Shown: one piece after another, positions 18,521 to 27,123 of the stretch
Layout of the letters: the number at the start of each line of letters is the position of its first letter
How positions within the stretch are numbered: position 1 is the stretch's first letter
NCBI GenBank assembly: GCA_011620345.1
Contig: WOZJ01000050.1
Span: 215,976-258,234 of the forward strand
Reading direction: 5' to 3'
Origin: Nitrospirota bacterium
GTDB lineage: Bacteria > UBA2233
DNA: 42,259 nucleotides
Notes under the pieces: model-generated
Told to the model about the DNA's origin: nothing
Seen by the model: only the letters and a program-made list of their open reading frames with translations
Databases searched by the model: none
Position numbers and translations under genes: made by a program

Positions 18521-19757
18521 GCCCTCCGCCACCATCACGCGAGTCAGCCTGAGACAGGCAGAACGCAACTCGAGTACCCTTTCCCACATGGCTTTCAATG
18601 ATAAGCTCCCCGTTGTGAAGTTGCAAGAGATGCTTTACGATCGCTAGCCCAAGGCCTGTTCCTCCAAGTGCGCGGGAACGAGCCTTATCTACTCTGTAGA
18701 ACCGCTCTGTGATCCTTGAAAGGTCCGAACGTGGAATTCCAATGCCCGTATCTTCTACGGATACCCAAACCTTTCCTTGTCCTTGCCGACATTCCGCTCC
18801 GACGGTAACGCCCCCTTCGTTGGTATACTTAATGGCGTTTTCAACCACGTTGATGAGGACCTGGAGGATCTTGTCGCGGTCACAGGCAACCCAGATGTCG
18901 GATGCACAACGAACTTCGAGCCTAAGGCCCTTTTCTTGAACCATCGGAAGAAGGATTTCAAGCGTTTCTTGGATAAGCTCCAGAAGGTTATGGTCCCCAA
19001 CCGTCATGTTTACGTTTCCGAGCTCGAGGTTTGAAAGGAGGAATAGCTCGTTAATGAGCCTATCCATCCGGTCCGTGTGCCGCTTGGCGATCCCTAGGAA
19101 CCGCTTGCTCGCGCTCTGGTCTTCCAGTGCGCTGTCGAGCAAGGTTTCCAAAAACCCGTTGATTGTCGTGATCGGCGTCTTCAGCTCGTGCGCCACGTTT
19201 GCGATAAAATCCGACCGAACCGCCTCAAGGCGCTTCCATTCTGTCAAATCCTGTATAAGAACAACCCAAAGATCCTCCTCAAGACAAGAGGCACGAAGGC
19301 CAAGATAGCGGCCTTGCGCTAAAAGTTCTCCTCCGGTACGGACTTCTCGCCGCCTTCCATGATTTGCGTCTAGAATGAGCGCCTCAATGGCTTCAATCAG
19401 CCGAAAATCCCTTATCTCATATTTTAGGTGCTTGTTTACAGCGTCTCCTTTGAGCCCTAAAAGGCGAACTGCACTTTGATTGGCATGAACGACTCTAAGC
19501 TCGCCCGTTAATATGATTACGCCTTCCTCAATGGAGTCGAGCACGGCCAACAAAACCCCGAGCCGCCCCTTTAACTCTAACGCCAATCCTTTTGTATTCA
19601 GAAGAGCCTCCCTAGTCTTCCAAAAAGGGGCCGATATTAGCCGCAAAAACCTTGAAGGGGGTGTCGCAAGGGATAGAGATGTGAGCACCACGCGAAACAG
19701 CGCAAGCCCTAACAAGGCTCCAAGGAGAATACCGCCTCCTAAGGCGACAAAAAGCAC
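18510..19757 (-). CDS. phoR: PhoR-like sensor histidine kinase (TM-PAS-HisKA-HATPase)
   Basis: RSDFIANVAHELKTPIT, NVVENAIKY, DTGIGIP, ERFYRVDKARSR..GGTGLGLAIVKH; GTG start overlaps the upstream TAG. Confidence 0.82.
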   Translation of the reverse strand: MLFVALGGGILLGALLGLALFRVVLTSLSLATPPSRFLRLISAPFWKTREALLNTKGLALELKGRLGVLLAVLDSIEEGVIILTGELRVVHANQSAVRLLGLKGDAVNKHLKYEIRDFRLIEAIEALILDANHGRRREVRTGGELLAQGRYLGLRASCLEEDLWVVLIQDLTEWKRLEAVRSDFIANVAHELKTPITTINGFLETLLDSALEDQSASKRFLGIAKRHTDRMDRLINELFLLSNLELGNVNMTVGDHNLLELIQETLEILLPMVQEKGLRLEVRCASDIWVACDRDKILQVLINVVENAIKYTNEGGVTVGAECRQGQGKVWVSVEDTGIGIPRSDLSRITERFYRVDKARSRALGGTGLGLAIVKHLLQLHNGELIIESHVGKGTRVAFCLSQADSRDGGGGHAL

Positions 19758-20470
19758 TAAGAATCCTTAAGTTTTTGCTGGAACTTGTAACCCGTTCCAC
19801 GAACGGTCACGATATGGGCAGGGTTTGCAGGATCATTCTCAAGCTGGGCGCGTAGACGGCTTACGTGAACATCTACCGTGCGGGGCTCGATAAAAATGTC
19901 CTGTCCCCAAACTTTTTCAAGTAGCTGTTCTCGAGAGAAAACCCGGTTTGGATGGGTGACCAATAGCTTTAGGAGCCTGAATTCCGTCGGAGTGAGTTGC
20001 AGGGGTGACCCATCCTTGAGGACGTCGTGAGTTGCGAAGTTCACATAAAGCCTCCCGAAACGTACCTCGCCTTCGCCAGTATCTGGGGATCTTACACGCT
20101 TCAACACGGCCTTAACGCGGGCGATCAACTCCCGAACGCTGAAAGGCTTCGTCACATAATCGTCGATGCCTAAATCAAACCCTCTTATCTTGCTTTCTTC
20201 TTCCGTCCTTGCCGTAAGGACGATGATCGGAAGCCCTTTTGTCGCAGGCCTCGATTTTAAGATTCTGCAAAGCTCGATCCCATCAATACCAGGAAGCATT
20301 AGATCTACAAGAAGCAATGCAGGTGGGTCTTTCTGAACCTGCTCGAGCGCCTGAAGCCCGCTTCCCGCACACCTGGCCTCAAACCCGGCCCTGGTTAAGT
20401 TGTAAACAAGCAACTCTACAATGTCTTCTTCGTCTTCGACGATCAGAATATGGTCAGACACTGCGAGCAC
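19757..20470 (-). CDS. phoB: PhoB/OmpR-family response regulator
   Basis: ILIVEDE, DLMLPG.DG, DDYVTKPFS, LTPTEFRLL, FSREQLL..VWG..I.IEPRTVDVH..RLR, TVRG.GY; GTG start at 20470 or 20461. Confidence 0.85.
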   Translation of the reverse strand: MLAVSDHILIVEDEEDIVELLVYNLTRAGFEARCAGSGLQALEQVQKDPPALLLVDLMLPGIDGIELCRILKSRPATKGLPIIVLTARTEEESKIRGFDLGIDDYVTKPFSVRELIARVKAVLKRVRSPDTGEGEVRFGRLYVNFATHDVLKDGSPLQLTPTEFRLLKLLVTHPNRVFSREQLLEKVWGQDIFIEPRTVDVHVSRLRAQLENDPANPAHIVTVRGTGYKFQQKLKDS

Positions 20471-20488
20471 ACGCCCTTGCAGAAGCGA

Positions 20489-20563
20489 TGGAGGCGGCAC
20501 CCGGATTCGAACCGGGGTATAGAGGTTTTGCAGACCTCTGCCTTGCCACTTGGCTATGCCGCC
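20489..20563 (-). tRNA. tRNA-Cys(GCA)
   Basis: Reverse complement GGCGGCATAGCCAAGTGGCAAGGCA GAGGT CT GCA AA ACCTC...GGTTCGAATCC...TGCCGCCTCCA. Confidence 0.96.
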
Positions 20564-20597
20564 AGATTTTGTGGAATTTATGCATGTGCAAAAAAAA

Positions 20598-20672
20598 TGG
20601 AGCGGGAAACGGGATTTGAACCCGCGACCCTCGCCTTGGCAAGGCGATGCTCTACCTCTGAGCTATTCCCGC
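20598..20672 (-). tRNA. tRNA-Gly(GCC)
   Basis: Reverse complement GCGGGAATAGCTCAGAGGTAGAGCA TCGCC TT GCC AA GGCGA...GGTTCAAATCC...TTCCCGCTCCA. Confidence 0.96.
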
Positions 20673-20683
20673 GATCTTTCATT

Positions 20684-20712
20684 ATTGTAACCGCGTACAG
20701 AGCGTGCGTCAA
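20684..20712 (-). promoter_or_regulatory. sigma70 promoter for the tRNA-Gly/tRNA-Cys(-phoBR-ptsH) unit
   Basis: Minus strand TTGACG-17 nt-TACAAT, 11 nt upstream of tRNA-Gly. Confidence 0.8.
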
Positions 20713-20736
20713 ATCAGAAAAGCGCTTCGATTAGGC

Positions 20737-21684
20737 CTAAAAGACCGCCCCAACCGTCGCGCCGATTGCGCTGATTGGGCCTTGATCCTCCATGCCTTTG
20801 GTCGCACGATCGACGTTGGCAAGCGACTCTTCGGCTTTTTTGTAGAGCGAATCGTCCGTAACCAGCTTGCCTAGCGTTCCCTCGCCCCGGTTCACCTTCT
20901 GGGCTACTTCGGTCAAATCTTTGAGCGCACGATCGAGCCTGTCCATCATGGCCGTCGTTTTTTTGTAGAGCGAATCGTCCTTAACCAGCTTGCCCAGTGT
21001 CCCCTTCCCCTCTTCTAGGCTCTTGACGGAGCCCTGGAGGCTGGACATAGTCGAGGAAAGTTGGCTGTAGAGCGTATCGTCTTCTAAGAGCTTGCCTAGT
21101 GTCCCCTCGCCCTTGGCGAGCTTCTCCGAGAAAACGCTGAAGTTGTGAACCATATCGCCCATCTCTTTTTCGTGCTTTTCAAAAAACGTATTGAGCTTTG
21201 CGAGCGGCCCCTCTTTGCCGGCACCGAAAGATTCAGCGGCATCCTGAAGCGAAGCGACGGCCTTGTTGACGTTGTCTAGCACTTCAGCAACACTAGGCGA
21301 CTCTTTCACGTTCAAGTAATCCCCGTTTTTCAGCGCGGCATTGGCCGAAGAGCCGGGCGCAATGTTCAAGGCTGACGTCGACGTAGCCCCCATAATCGAG
21401 GCCTCGAGCGTCGCCGTTGCGTCTTTGTATAGCCGCACCTCTTCTGGCACAGCGATGGCCACCTTGACTTTGCCGTCTTTAAAGGCAAGATCACGGACCT
21501 TTGCGACGTTCATGCCGGATACGCTGACATCGGTCCCCTCTTGAATCCCTCGAACGTTTCGAAAAAGCCCGTAAACGGTATACGTTTTTCTAAAAGGCAT
21601 AAACCCGGTTGTTAGTTCAAGGAACACGATAAAAATTGCCAGTGCCAGAAGGACAAATAAGCCTACGCGTTGCTCTCGATTCAT
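20737..21684 (-). CDS. mlaD: MCE/MlaD family protein with long helical tail
   Basis: RVGLFV TM anchor, F.NV.GI..G.DV.VSG..V.KV MCE domain, three G.GTLGKL..DD.LY repeats. Confidence 0.88.
   Translation of the reverse strand: MNREQRVGLFVLLALAIFIVFLELTTGFMPFRKTYTVYGLFRNVRGIQEGTDVSVSGMNVAKVRDLAFKDGKVKVAIAVPEEVRLYKDATATLEASIMGATSTSALNIAPGSSANAALKNGDYLNVKESPSVAEVLDNVNKAVASLQDAAESFGAGKEGPLAKLNTFFEKHEKEMGDMVHNFSVFSEKLAKGEGTLGKLLEDDTLYSQLSSTMSSLQGSVKSLEEGKGTLGKLVKDDSLYKKTTAMMDRLDRALKDLTEVAQKVNRGEGTLGKLVTDDSLYKKAEESLANVDRATKGMEDQGPISAIGATVGAVF
20836..21112 (-). repeat. Three internal repeats of about 45-50 nt encoding G(E/K)GTLGKL(V/L)xDD(S/T)LY
   Basis: Plus-strand copies of TGTAGAGCG(A/T)ATCGTC...AGCTTGCC..G.GT.CCCT..CCC near 20841, 20964 and 21066. 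Confidence 0.8.
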
Positions 21685-21711
21685 AGAAACCTCATATGCT
21701 TGCCTAGTTGC

Positions 21712-22464
21712 TCATGCAAGGGCCGCCGCTTCGATAAATGCCCGAAGGGGGGGATACTCAGCATTAAGAAGCTCGCCCACTTTTACGCTGCAGGCGATCC
21801 TTCCGTCCTCCAAAAGAGCGATCCTATCCGCTACCTGCCTTGCAAACACAAGGTTGTGAGTGACAACTACAATCGTCATCTTATGGGCAGATTGAATCTT
21901 CTGGATAACCTCAGCTAACTCGGCGCTCAAAAGAGGGTCCAGCTCTGCCGTCGGCTCGTCGAACAAAAGGACGTCCGGCCTCGTTGCCAGTGCGCGTGCA
22001 ATGGCCGCACGCTTGCGCATGCCCCCCGAAAGCTCCGTCGGATAGAGGTCCCTGGCATGCTCAAGCTCGACGCTTGTTAGGGCATCCATGACGAGCCTGT
22101 CTAAGTTGTCCCCTTTGGCCATTCCATGCTCTTTAAGGTAGAGCGCTACGTTTTCGAACACGCTAAGAGAGTTGAGCAAAGCAGACCCTTGGAACACCAT
22201 GGCCATACGAAAAGGCTTTTTTTGGGCCGAAATGTTGCGATAAGTGTCTGCCGGAATTCCGTTCAGCAACACCTCCCCCGAGTCGGGACGCTCTAGCCCT
22301 GCGCTAAGCCGAAGGAGCACGCTTTTTCCCTGTCCAGACTTACCGATCACGACGAGCGTTTCGCCGGCCTCTACCCCAAGGTTCAGCCCTTTGAGGACGG
22401 GCTTGTCCCCGTAGGCCTTAGTCACGTGTTTTAGCTCTATCCTCACGCCTTCTTTAAGCTGCAT
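21712..22464 (-). CDS. mlaF: MCE-system ABC ATPase (MlaF-like)
   Basis: GKSGQGKS, MVFQ.SALLNSL.VFENV, P.ELSGGMRKR..IARA, LFDEPT.ELDP, VVTH. Confidence 0.9.
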   Translation of the reverse strand: MQLKEGVRIELKHVTKAYGDKPVLKGLNLGVEAGETLVVIGKSGQGKSVLLRLSAGLERPDSGEVLLNGIPADTYRNISAQKKPFRMAMVFQGSALLNSLSVFENVALYLKEHGMAKGDNLDRLVMDALTSVELEHARDLYPTELSGGMRKRAAIARALATRPDVLLFDEPTAELDPLLSAELAEVIQKIQSAHKMTIVVVTHNLVFARQVADRIALLEDGRIACSVKVGELLNAEYPPLRAFIEAAALA

Positions 22465-22487
22465 CGTCCCTCCCCTTGTCTGGCCGG

Positions 22488-23300
22488 TTAAAAAATTAGG
22501 ACGACCCTAGCAATGATGTAATCGAAGACGGTCACCGTAATAAAGCTCCACACTACGGCAGAAGTTGTGGCGCTTGAGATTTCTTCTGTCCCTCTTCGGG
22601 CGCGGAGGCCGATCGTACAGCTAAGGATGGCCGTAACGGCGCCAAAAACGAGTCCTTTGGCCATACCTATAATGATATCGCTGAATTTCAAGTAGGCTTG
22701 GAGGTTATGGAAGTATGCGTTGACGGAAACGTGGATGGCAGGGTCGATAGCCACTGCGAAGGCTCCGGCAAGGATGCCGATGATGTCGGCATAAAGGATT
22801 AACAAAGGCAAGGTTAGCGCCGTGGCAATAAACTTCGGCAGGATGAGGTAGGATTCTACGCTGACGTCGAGCGTTCGCAGCGCCGCGATCTCCTCGTAGA
22901 CCTGCATCGTGGCCAACTCGGCCGCCATGGCAGACCCTGCCCTCCCTGCGAGTAAAAAGGCCATTAACACAGGGCCGAGCTCTTTTGTCATGGCAAGCCC
23001 AACGATCGAGCCTAGAACTTCTTGAGAGTATCCTTCGAGCTGGTCTGCCGTCTGGACGACAAGGACCATGCCTATAAAAAAAGCAAGGAAGGAGGAAATG
23101 AACAAGCTCGAGGTGCCGATGCGTACCATCTCGTCAAGAATCAGCCCCGCCCTCTTGGGGATCTCTCTAAAGCTTCCAAGCGTACGAAGTGCCCAATCCA
23201 CGCTCTGGCCCAAGATCTCAAGCCCGTAGAGAACGCTCCTCCCAATACTTGTAAGTAGCCCCTGGGAATTTTTGACCTCGAGGCGCTCTGTGGCCTGCAT
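22488..23300 (-). CDS. mlaE: MCE-system ABC permease (MlaE-like)
   Basis: KELGPVL.A.LLAGRAGSAMAAELATM.V.EEI.AL, K..VFG, TTSAVV; start probably 23300, 2 nt after the upstream stop. Confidence 0.92.
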   Translation of the reverse strand: MQATERLEVKNSQGLLTSIGRSVLYGLEILGQSVDWALRTLGSFREIPKRAGLILDEMVRIGTSSLFISSFLAFFIGMVLVVQTADQLEGYSQEVLGSIVGLAMTKELGPVLMAFLLAGRAGSAMAAELATMQVYEEIAALRTLDVSVESYLILPKFIATALTLPLLILYADIIGILAGAFAVAIDPAIHVSVNAYFHNLQAYLKFSDIIIGMAKGLVFGAVTAILSCTIGLRARRGTEEISSATTSAVVWSFITVTVFDYIIARVVLIF

Positions 23301-23302
23301 CT

Positions 23303-24541
23303 CTATCGGCCGCCGAAATGGATTAAATCGTACAGCACGCTTATCCCCCATTCGTTTCGCTCGAACACGCCCCATAAAGGGGCCCATGTTTTCTCGATTC
23401 CTTCGTTATACGGGAAGACCTGCTCCAAAAGAGAAAATACGCGAATTTTTCTGCCGAACGATGCGTCGCGAACATGGACCAAGGGCATTAGGCCGTGAAA
23501 CTCAACTTCTCTTCTTTGGTTATCCAAAGATATCTTACGCTCGTTTCGGTAAAGAAAAAACACGCTGTCGTCTCGAAGGTAGAGGTGTTCACCTTTACTG
23601 ACGCCGTGGAAGCGCCACAGCGGCCAAAGCAAGAATTCGGCCTTATAGTTGTCGTATTCCTGTCTTTGAAAGAAGGGAAAAAGGCGAAGCGTCCTTCGGG
23701 CCCCGGTCTTCGTGTCGTGAGAGTTGACCATGAACGGCCACGGAAACCCCTTACTTTCATAGTTGTCAGCCTTAGAGACGGTCTTGTTATAGAGCCCATA
23801 CATTTGGGTTTCGAACTGAGGGTTGGAAAGGTGCGCCCAAACAGGAAAATTGACCTTCGAAATCCAGGGCCCATCCTCTCGAATGTCCGTCCGGCGAATA
23901 TGAAACGGCCAGAGGACGAACGACTCGGTACGCTTGCCAGGGTCTTCCTCGCTGCCGTAAAAGGGGAACAGATCCCACCCTTTCGCGCCCTCGCCCGACA
24001 ACGAGGCAAAGAATGGAAAAGGCCGGAACGTCTTGCTTACCCCTCTGTTTGTGACCCGGAGGTATGCAGGAAAAAACCTGACGAATATTTCGTCCTGCCC
24101 CATGAAGCGATTGACAGTCCCCCAAAAAGGGAAGAACATCCACCTCGTTCCGTACGTTTGATCCCGCTCGTAGAAATACAAAGGAAAAATCCGGAAGCGC
24201 TTCTCTCCATCCGGTTCACGTTTGTGGACATAGCTCAGCACAAGCAGGCTAGAGATCGACGTCTCCCGCTCGGAGCTTCGCACCTGAAGCAAGGGGTAGA
24301 GCGCATATAGCGTTTTCTCATCCTTCTTCAAACTTCGCTCTTTTAAGAAAAAAGGAAGGATGCCGTACCGGACAGCGTCCTTGGTGCGCTCGTAGAGGCC
24401 AAACGGCGGAAGAATGCGAACCTGCACAGAACCGTTTTCGAGTTCCTTACGCACATAGAATGGCCAAAGCGACAGGCTAAAGGCGTGGCCTACGTCCAAA
24501 AAAAAGAGCCATACGGCGAAGAGTCCTACCAAGCGGATCAT
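23303..24541 (-). CDS. Hypothetical exported repeat protein (about 20 aromatic x(F/W)P(F/L) repeats)
   Basis: Signal-peptide-like MIRLVGLFAVWLFFLDVGHA; periodic LWPF, ILPF, LYPL, IFPL, FFPF, FFPA, PFPF, LFPF, LWPF, PWPF, LFPF, LWPL; ATGA overlap with metH. Confidence 0.85.
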   Translation of the reverse strand: MIRLVGLFAVWLFFLDVGHAFSLSLWPFYVRKELENGSVQVRILPPFGLYERTKDAVRYGILPFFLKERSLKKDEKTLYALYPLLQVRSSERETSISSLLVLSYVHKREPDGEKRFRIFPLYFYERDQTYGTRWMFFPFWGTVNRFMGQDEIFVRFFPAYLRVTNRGVSKTFRPFPFFASLSGEGAKGWDLFPFYGSEEDPGKRTESFVLWPFHIRRTDIREDGPWISKVNFPVWAHLSNPQFETQMYGLYNKTVSKADNYESKGFPWPFMVNSHDTKTGARRTLRLFPFFQRQEYDNYKAEFLLWPLWRFHGVSKGEHLYLRDDSVFFLYRNERKISLDNQRREVEFHGLMPLVHVRDASFGRKIRVFSLLEQVFPYNEGIEKTWAPLWGVFERNEWGISVLYDLIHFGGR

Positions 24542-26964
24542 GCGCCCTCCCTTTTGAGCCGGCCAAGGAGGGTTTCGGTCAGGGATACCACCTCGCTTAC
24601 GTCCTTTCCATAGCCGTCTGCATGAATCTCCTCGGCAAACTGCCTAGTAACCGCGGCGCCGCCAACCATGACCTTGTCGGAAAGCCCTCTTTTTTTTACC
24701 TCTTCGATGACCGTTTTCATCTCCAGCATGGTTGTCGTCATCAGCGCGCTTAGCCCGATTACCTCCGCGTTGTGCTCGATAGCGGCATCGAGGATCTTCA
24801 GCATTGGGACGTTTCTGCCCAGATCGATCACTTCGAACCCAAAGTTGCGGAGCATCAGGCAGCAAAGGTTCTTTCCGATGTCGTGGATGTCGCCCTTTAC
24901 GGTGGCAAACACAACCCGACCCTTGGTCCTGGCGGTTTTTTGTCCTTTTTGAAGAACGGGCTCAAGCACCTCGACGCCTCTTCGCATCGCATCGGCCGCA
25001 AGAATCAGGTGTGGGAGGAATTTCTTTCCCATGCCGAACAAGTCGCCCAGCGCCTTTAGCGCCGGTGTCATTACCTCGGTCAAGACCCAAAGGGGGTCTA
25101 GCCCCTCTTGAAGCCCTTGCTCTACAAGCCCGGCGATCCGTTCCTTATCCCCGTCGAACACGGCCTTGTAAATCTTGTCCTTCGTGTCTTGGGGCTCTTT
25201 GTCCGAAGGCTTGCCTTCTGCCAAGCCTGCGGAGGCCGCCTGAACTGTCGAAAGATACACCTTGCACCCCGGGTCTCTCCCGGAAAAGAGGGATGCTGCG
25301 AGAATGGCCTGCTGGATGTCTTTGTCGGTAGGGTCAAGAATGGCCGCGTCCAACCCGTAGCCCATGGCCATGGCAAGGAATGTACGGTTGACAAGCCTTC
25401 TTTCGGGAAGGCCAAACGATACGTTGCTCAGGCCGATAGTCGTAGGAAGCCCGAAGTGCTCCCTGACGCCCTGGATCGTGCGGAGGGTTTCCCTGGACGC
25501 CTGTTGCATGGCCGAAACCGTGAGGCATAAACAATCGACGAGGATCTGGCTTCGTTGTATCCCTAAAGCCTCTGCATGTTTTAGGATAACCTCCAGGACA
25601 GCCAGCCTTTCCTTGGCCGTTTCCGGGATTCTGTCCTCGCTTAGAAGGCAAATAACGCTCGCGCCGAAGCGCTTGATGAGCGGGAGGATCGCTTCAAGGC
25701 GCTCGGGTTCTGCGTTTACGCTGTTGACAAGCGCCCTGCCTGGGTAGGCCTCAAGCCCCGCTTTGAGCGCGGCCGGAAACGAGCTGTCCAGAACTAGCGG
25801 CACCTCGACAACCTGGGAGGCTCGTATCACGGCCTCCCTCATCAATGCGGACTCGTCCGATAATGGAACACCAACGTTGATGTCGAGCGCCAAAGCGCCC
25901 GATCGTACCTGGGAGAGCGCAAGCTCGATCACTCTTTGAAAGTTTTGCTCTTGAAGCTCTTTTTGAAAGGCCCTTTTTCCTGTCGGGTTAATTTTTTCGC
26001 CAATCAGGACGAAAGGTTCCCCCTCCCCAAGCATTACTCTGTCCGACCTCGAGGCAAGAGAGGTTTTCAATCGCACGCTCCTCGGCGTGCAGGGCCTTCC
26101 TTTGAGGGCTTGGCTAATCCGCCGGATATACCCCGGCGTCGTGCCACAGCATCCGCCCAAGATTGCAACCCCTTTCTCGACAAAAGTTTGTGCGAACTCG
26201 GCAAGCTCCTTCTCGTCCAAGGGGTAGGTTGTACGCCCGTCCCTGTAAACAGGAAGGCCGGCGTTTGGCTTGACTAGCACGGGAACGGGAGTAGCGGTCA
26301 ACAAAGACTCGATGATCGGGAGCATCTCCTTTGGCCCGAGCGAACAGTTGATTCCGAACGCTTGTATGCCGAACCCATCAAGGATGGCTGAAGCGACCTC
26401 AGGCGGTGTCCCCGTGTCGAGCGTGCCTTTTGGCCCGTAAGTCAGGCTTACAAAGAGGGGCATGGCCGGGGCCGCCTCTTTCACGCCGACCACGGCCGCC
26501 CTTGCTTCTTGGATGTCGAAAAACGTCTCGATCAAGATGAGGTCCGCTCCGCCCTCCTTGAACAACCTTGCCTGGTCGTAAAAATACCCGGCAGCATCTT
26601 CAAAGCTCAGCTCTCCCAAGGGTGAGACGAGCAGGCCCAAGGGGCCGATGTCGCCTGCGACCAGCGCCTTGTCTTGGGCGATTCCCCTTGCGATTTCCAG
26701 GCCCCGAAGGACAATATCTTTTTGGCGGGGCTCGAGCCCGTATTCTTTGAGCCTAGGAACGCTCGAGCCAAAGGTGTTGGTTGTCAAGATTTGTGCGCCG
26801 GCATCCAGGTAGGCATGGTGGACGTGCGCCACCGCTTCAGGGTGTTCCAGGTTCCAGATGTCCGGGGCAACCCCCTGGCCGAGCCCCATTGCCTGGAGCA
26901 TCGTTCCCATCGCACCGTCAAGAATTAGCACCTCTTTGCCGAGGCCCAGAAGGCTTGGTCTCAT
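24538..26964 (-). CDS. metH: Cobalamin-dependent methionine synthase (Hcy-binding, pterin-binding, cap and B12 domains; no AdoMet reactivation domain)
   Basis: LDGAMGTML, TNTFG, GINCS, GGCCGTTP, IGEKINPTG, GLSNVSFGLP, TVKGDIHDIGKN, LSALMTTT, VGGA; ends right after the B12 domain. Confidence 0.93.
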   Translation of the reverse strand: MRPSLLGLGKEVLILDGAMGTMLQAMGLGQGVAPDIWNLEHPEAVAHVHHAYLDAGAQILTTNTFGSSVPRLKEYGLEPRQKDIVLRGLEIARGIAQDKALVAGDIGPLGLLVSPLGELSFEDAAGYFYDQARLFKEGGADLILIETFFDIQEARAAVVGVKEAAPAMPLFVSLTYGPKGTLDTGTPPEVASAILDGFGIQAFGINCSLGPKEMLPIIESLLTATPVPVLVKPNAGLPVYRDGRTTYPLDEKELAEFAQTFVEKGVAILGGCCGTTPGYIRRISQALKGRPCTPRSVRLKTSLASRSDRVMLGEGEPFVLIGEKINPTGKRAFQKELQEQNFQRVIELALSQVRSGALALDINVGVPLSDESALMREAVIRASQVVEVPLVLDSSFPAALKAGLEAYPGRALVNSVNAEPERLEAILPLIKRFGASVICLLSEDRIPETAKERLAVLEVILKHAEALGIQRSQILVDCLCLTVSAMQQASRETLRTIQGVREHFGLPTTIGLSNVSFGLPERRLVNRTFLAMAMGYGLDAAILDPTDKDIQQAILAASLFSGRDPGCKVYLSTVQAASAGLAEGKPSDKEPQDTKDKIYKAVFDGDKERIAGLVEQGLQEGLDPLWVLTEVMTPALKALGDLFGMGKKFLPHLILAADAMRRGVEVLEPVLQKGQKTARTKGRVVFATVKGDIHDIGKNLCCLMLRNFGFEVIDLGRNVPMLKILDAAIEHNAEVIGLSALMTTTMLEMKTVIEEVKKRGLSDKVMVGGAAVTRQFAEEIHADGYGKDVSEVVSLTETLLGRLKREGA

Positions 26965-27123
26965 CAAACGGAACTCCCGATAGGACTGAACGTTTAAGGC
27001 CGCTCTCCATTATAAGCGAGCAAACCTCGCGACACAACGCTTGGTAAGGCCGATTGTTGAGGTATACTACACCATTAGGCCCGACAAAACATAGGCGGTT
27101 TTACGAAGCTCGCGAGTACAACA

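Noticed and set aside
20836-21112. Spaced DNA repeats as a possible CRISPR array
   Set aside because: Degenerate at codon third positions, in frame within mlaD, and no cas genes; these are protein repeats
23495-24310. 271-aa plus-strand ORF
   Set aside because: Antisense to the repeat-protein gene that fits the minus-strand operon
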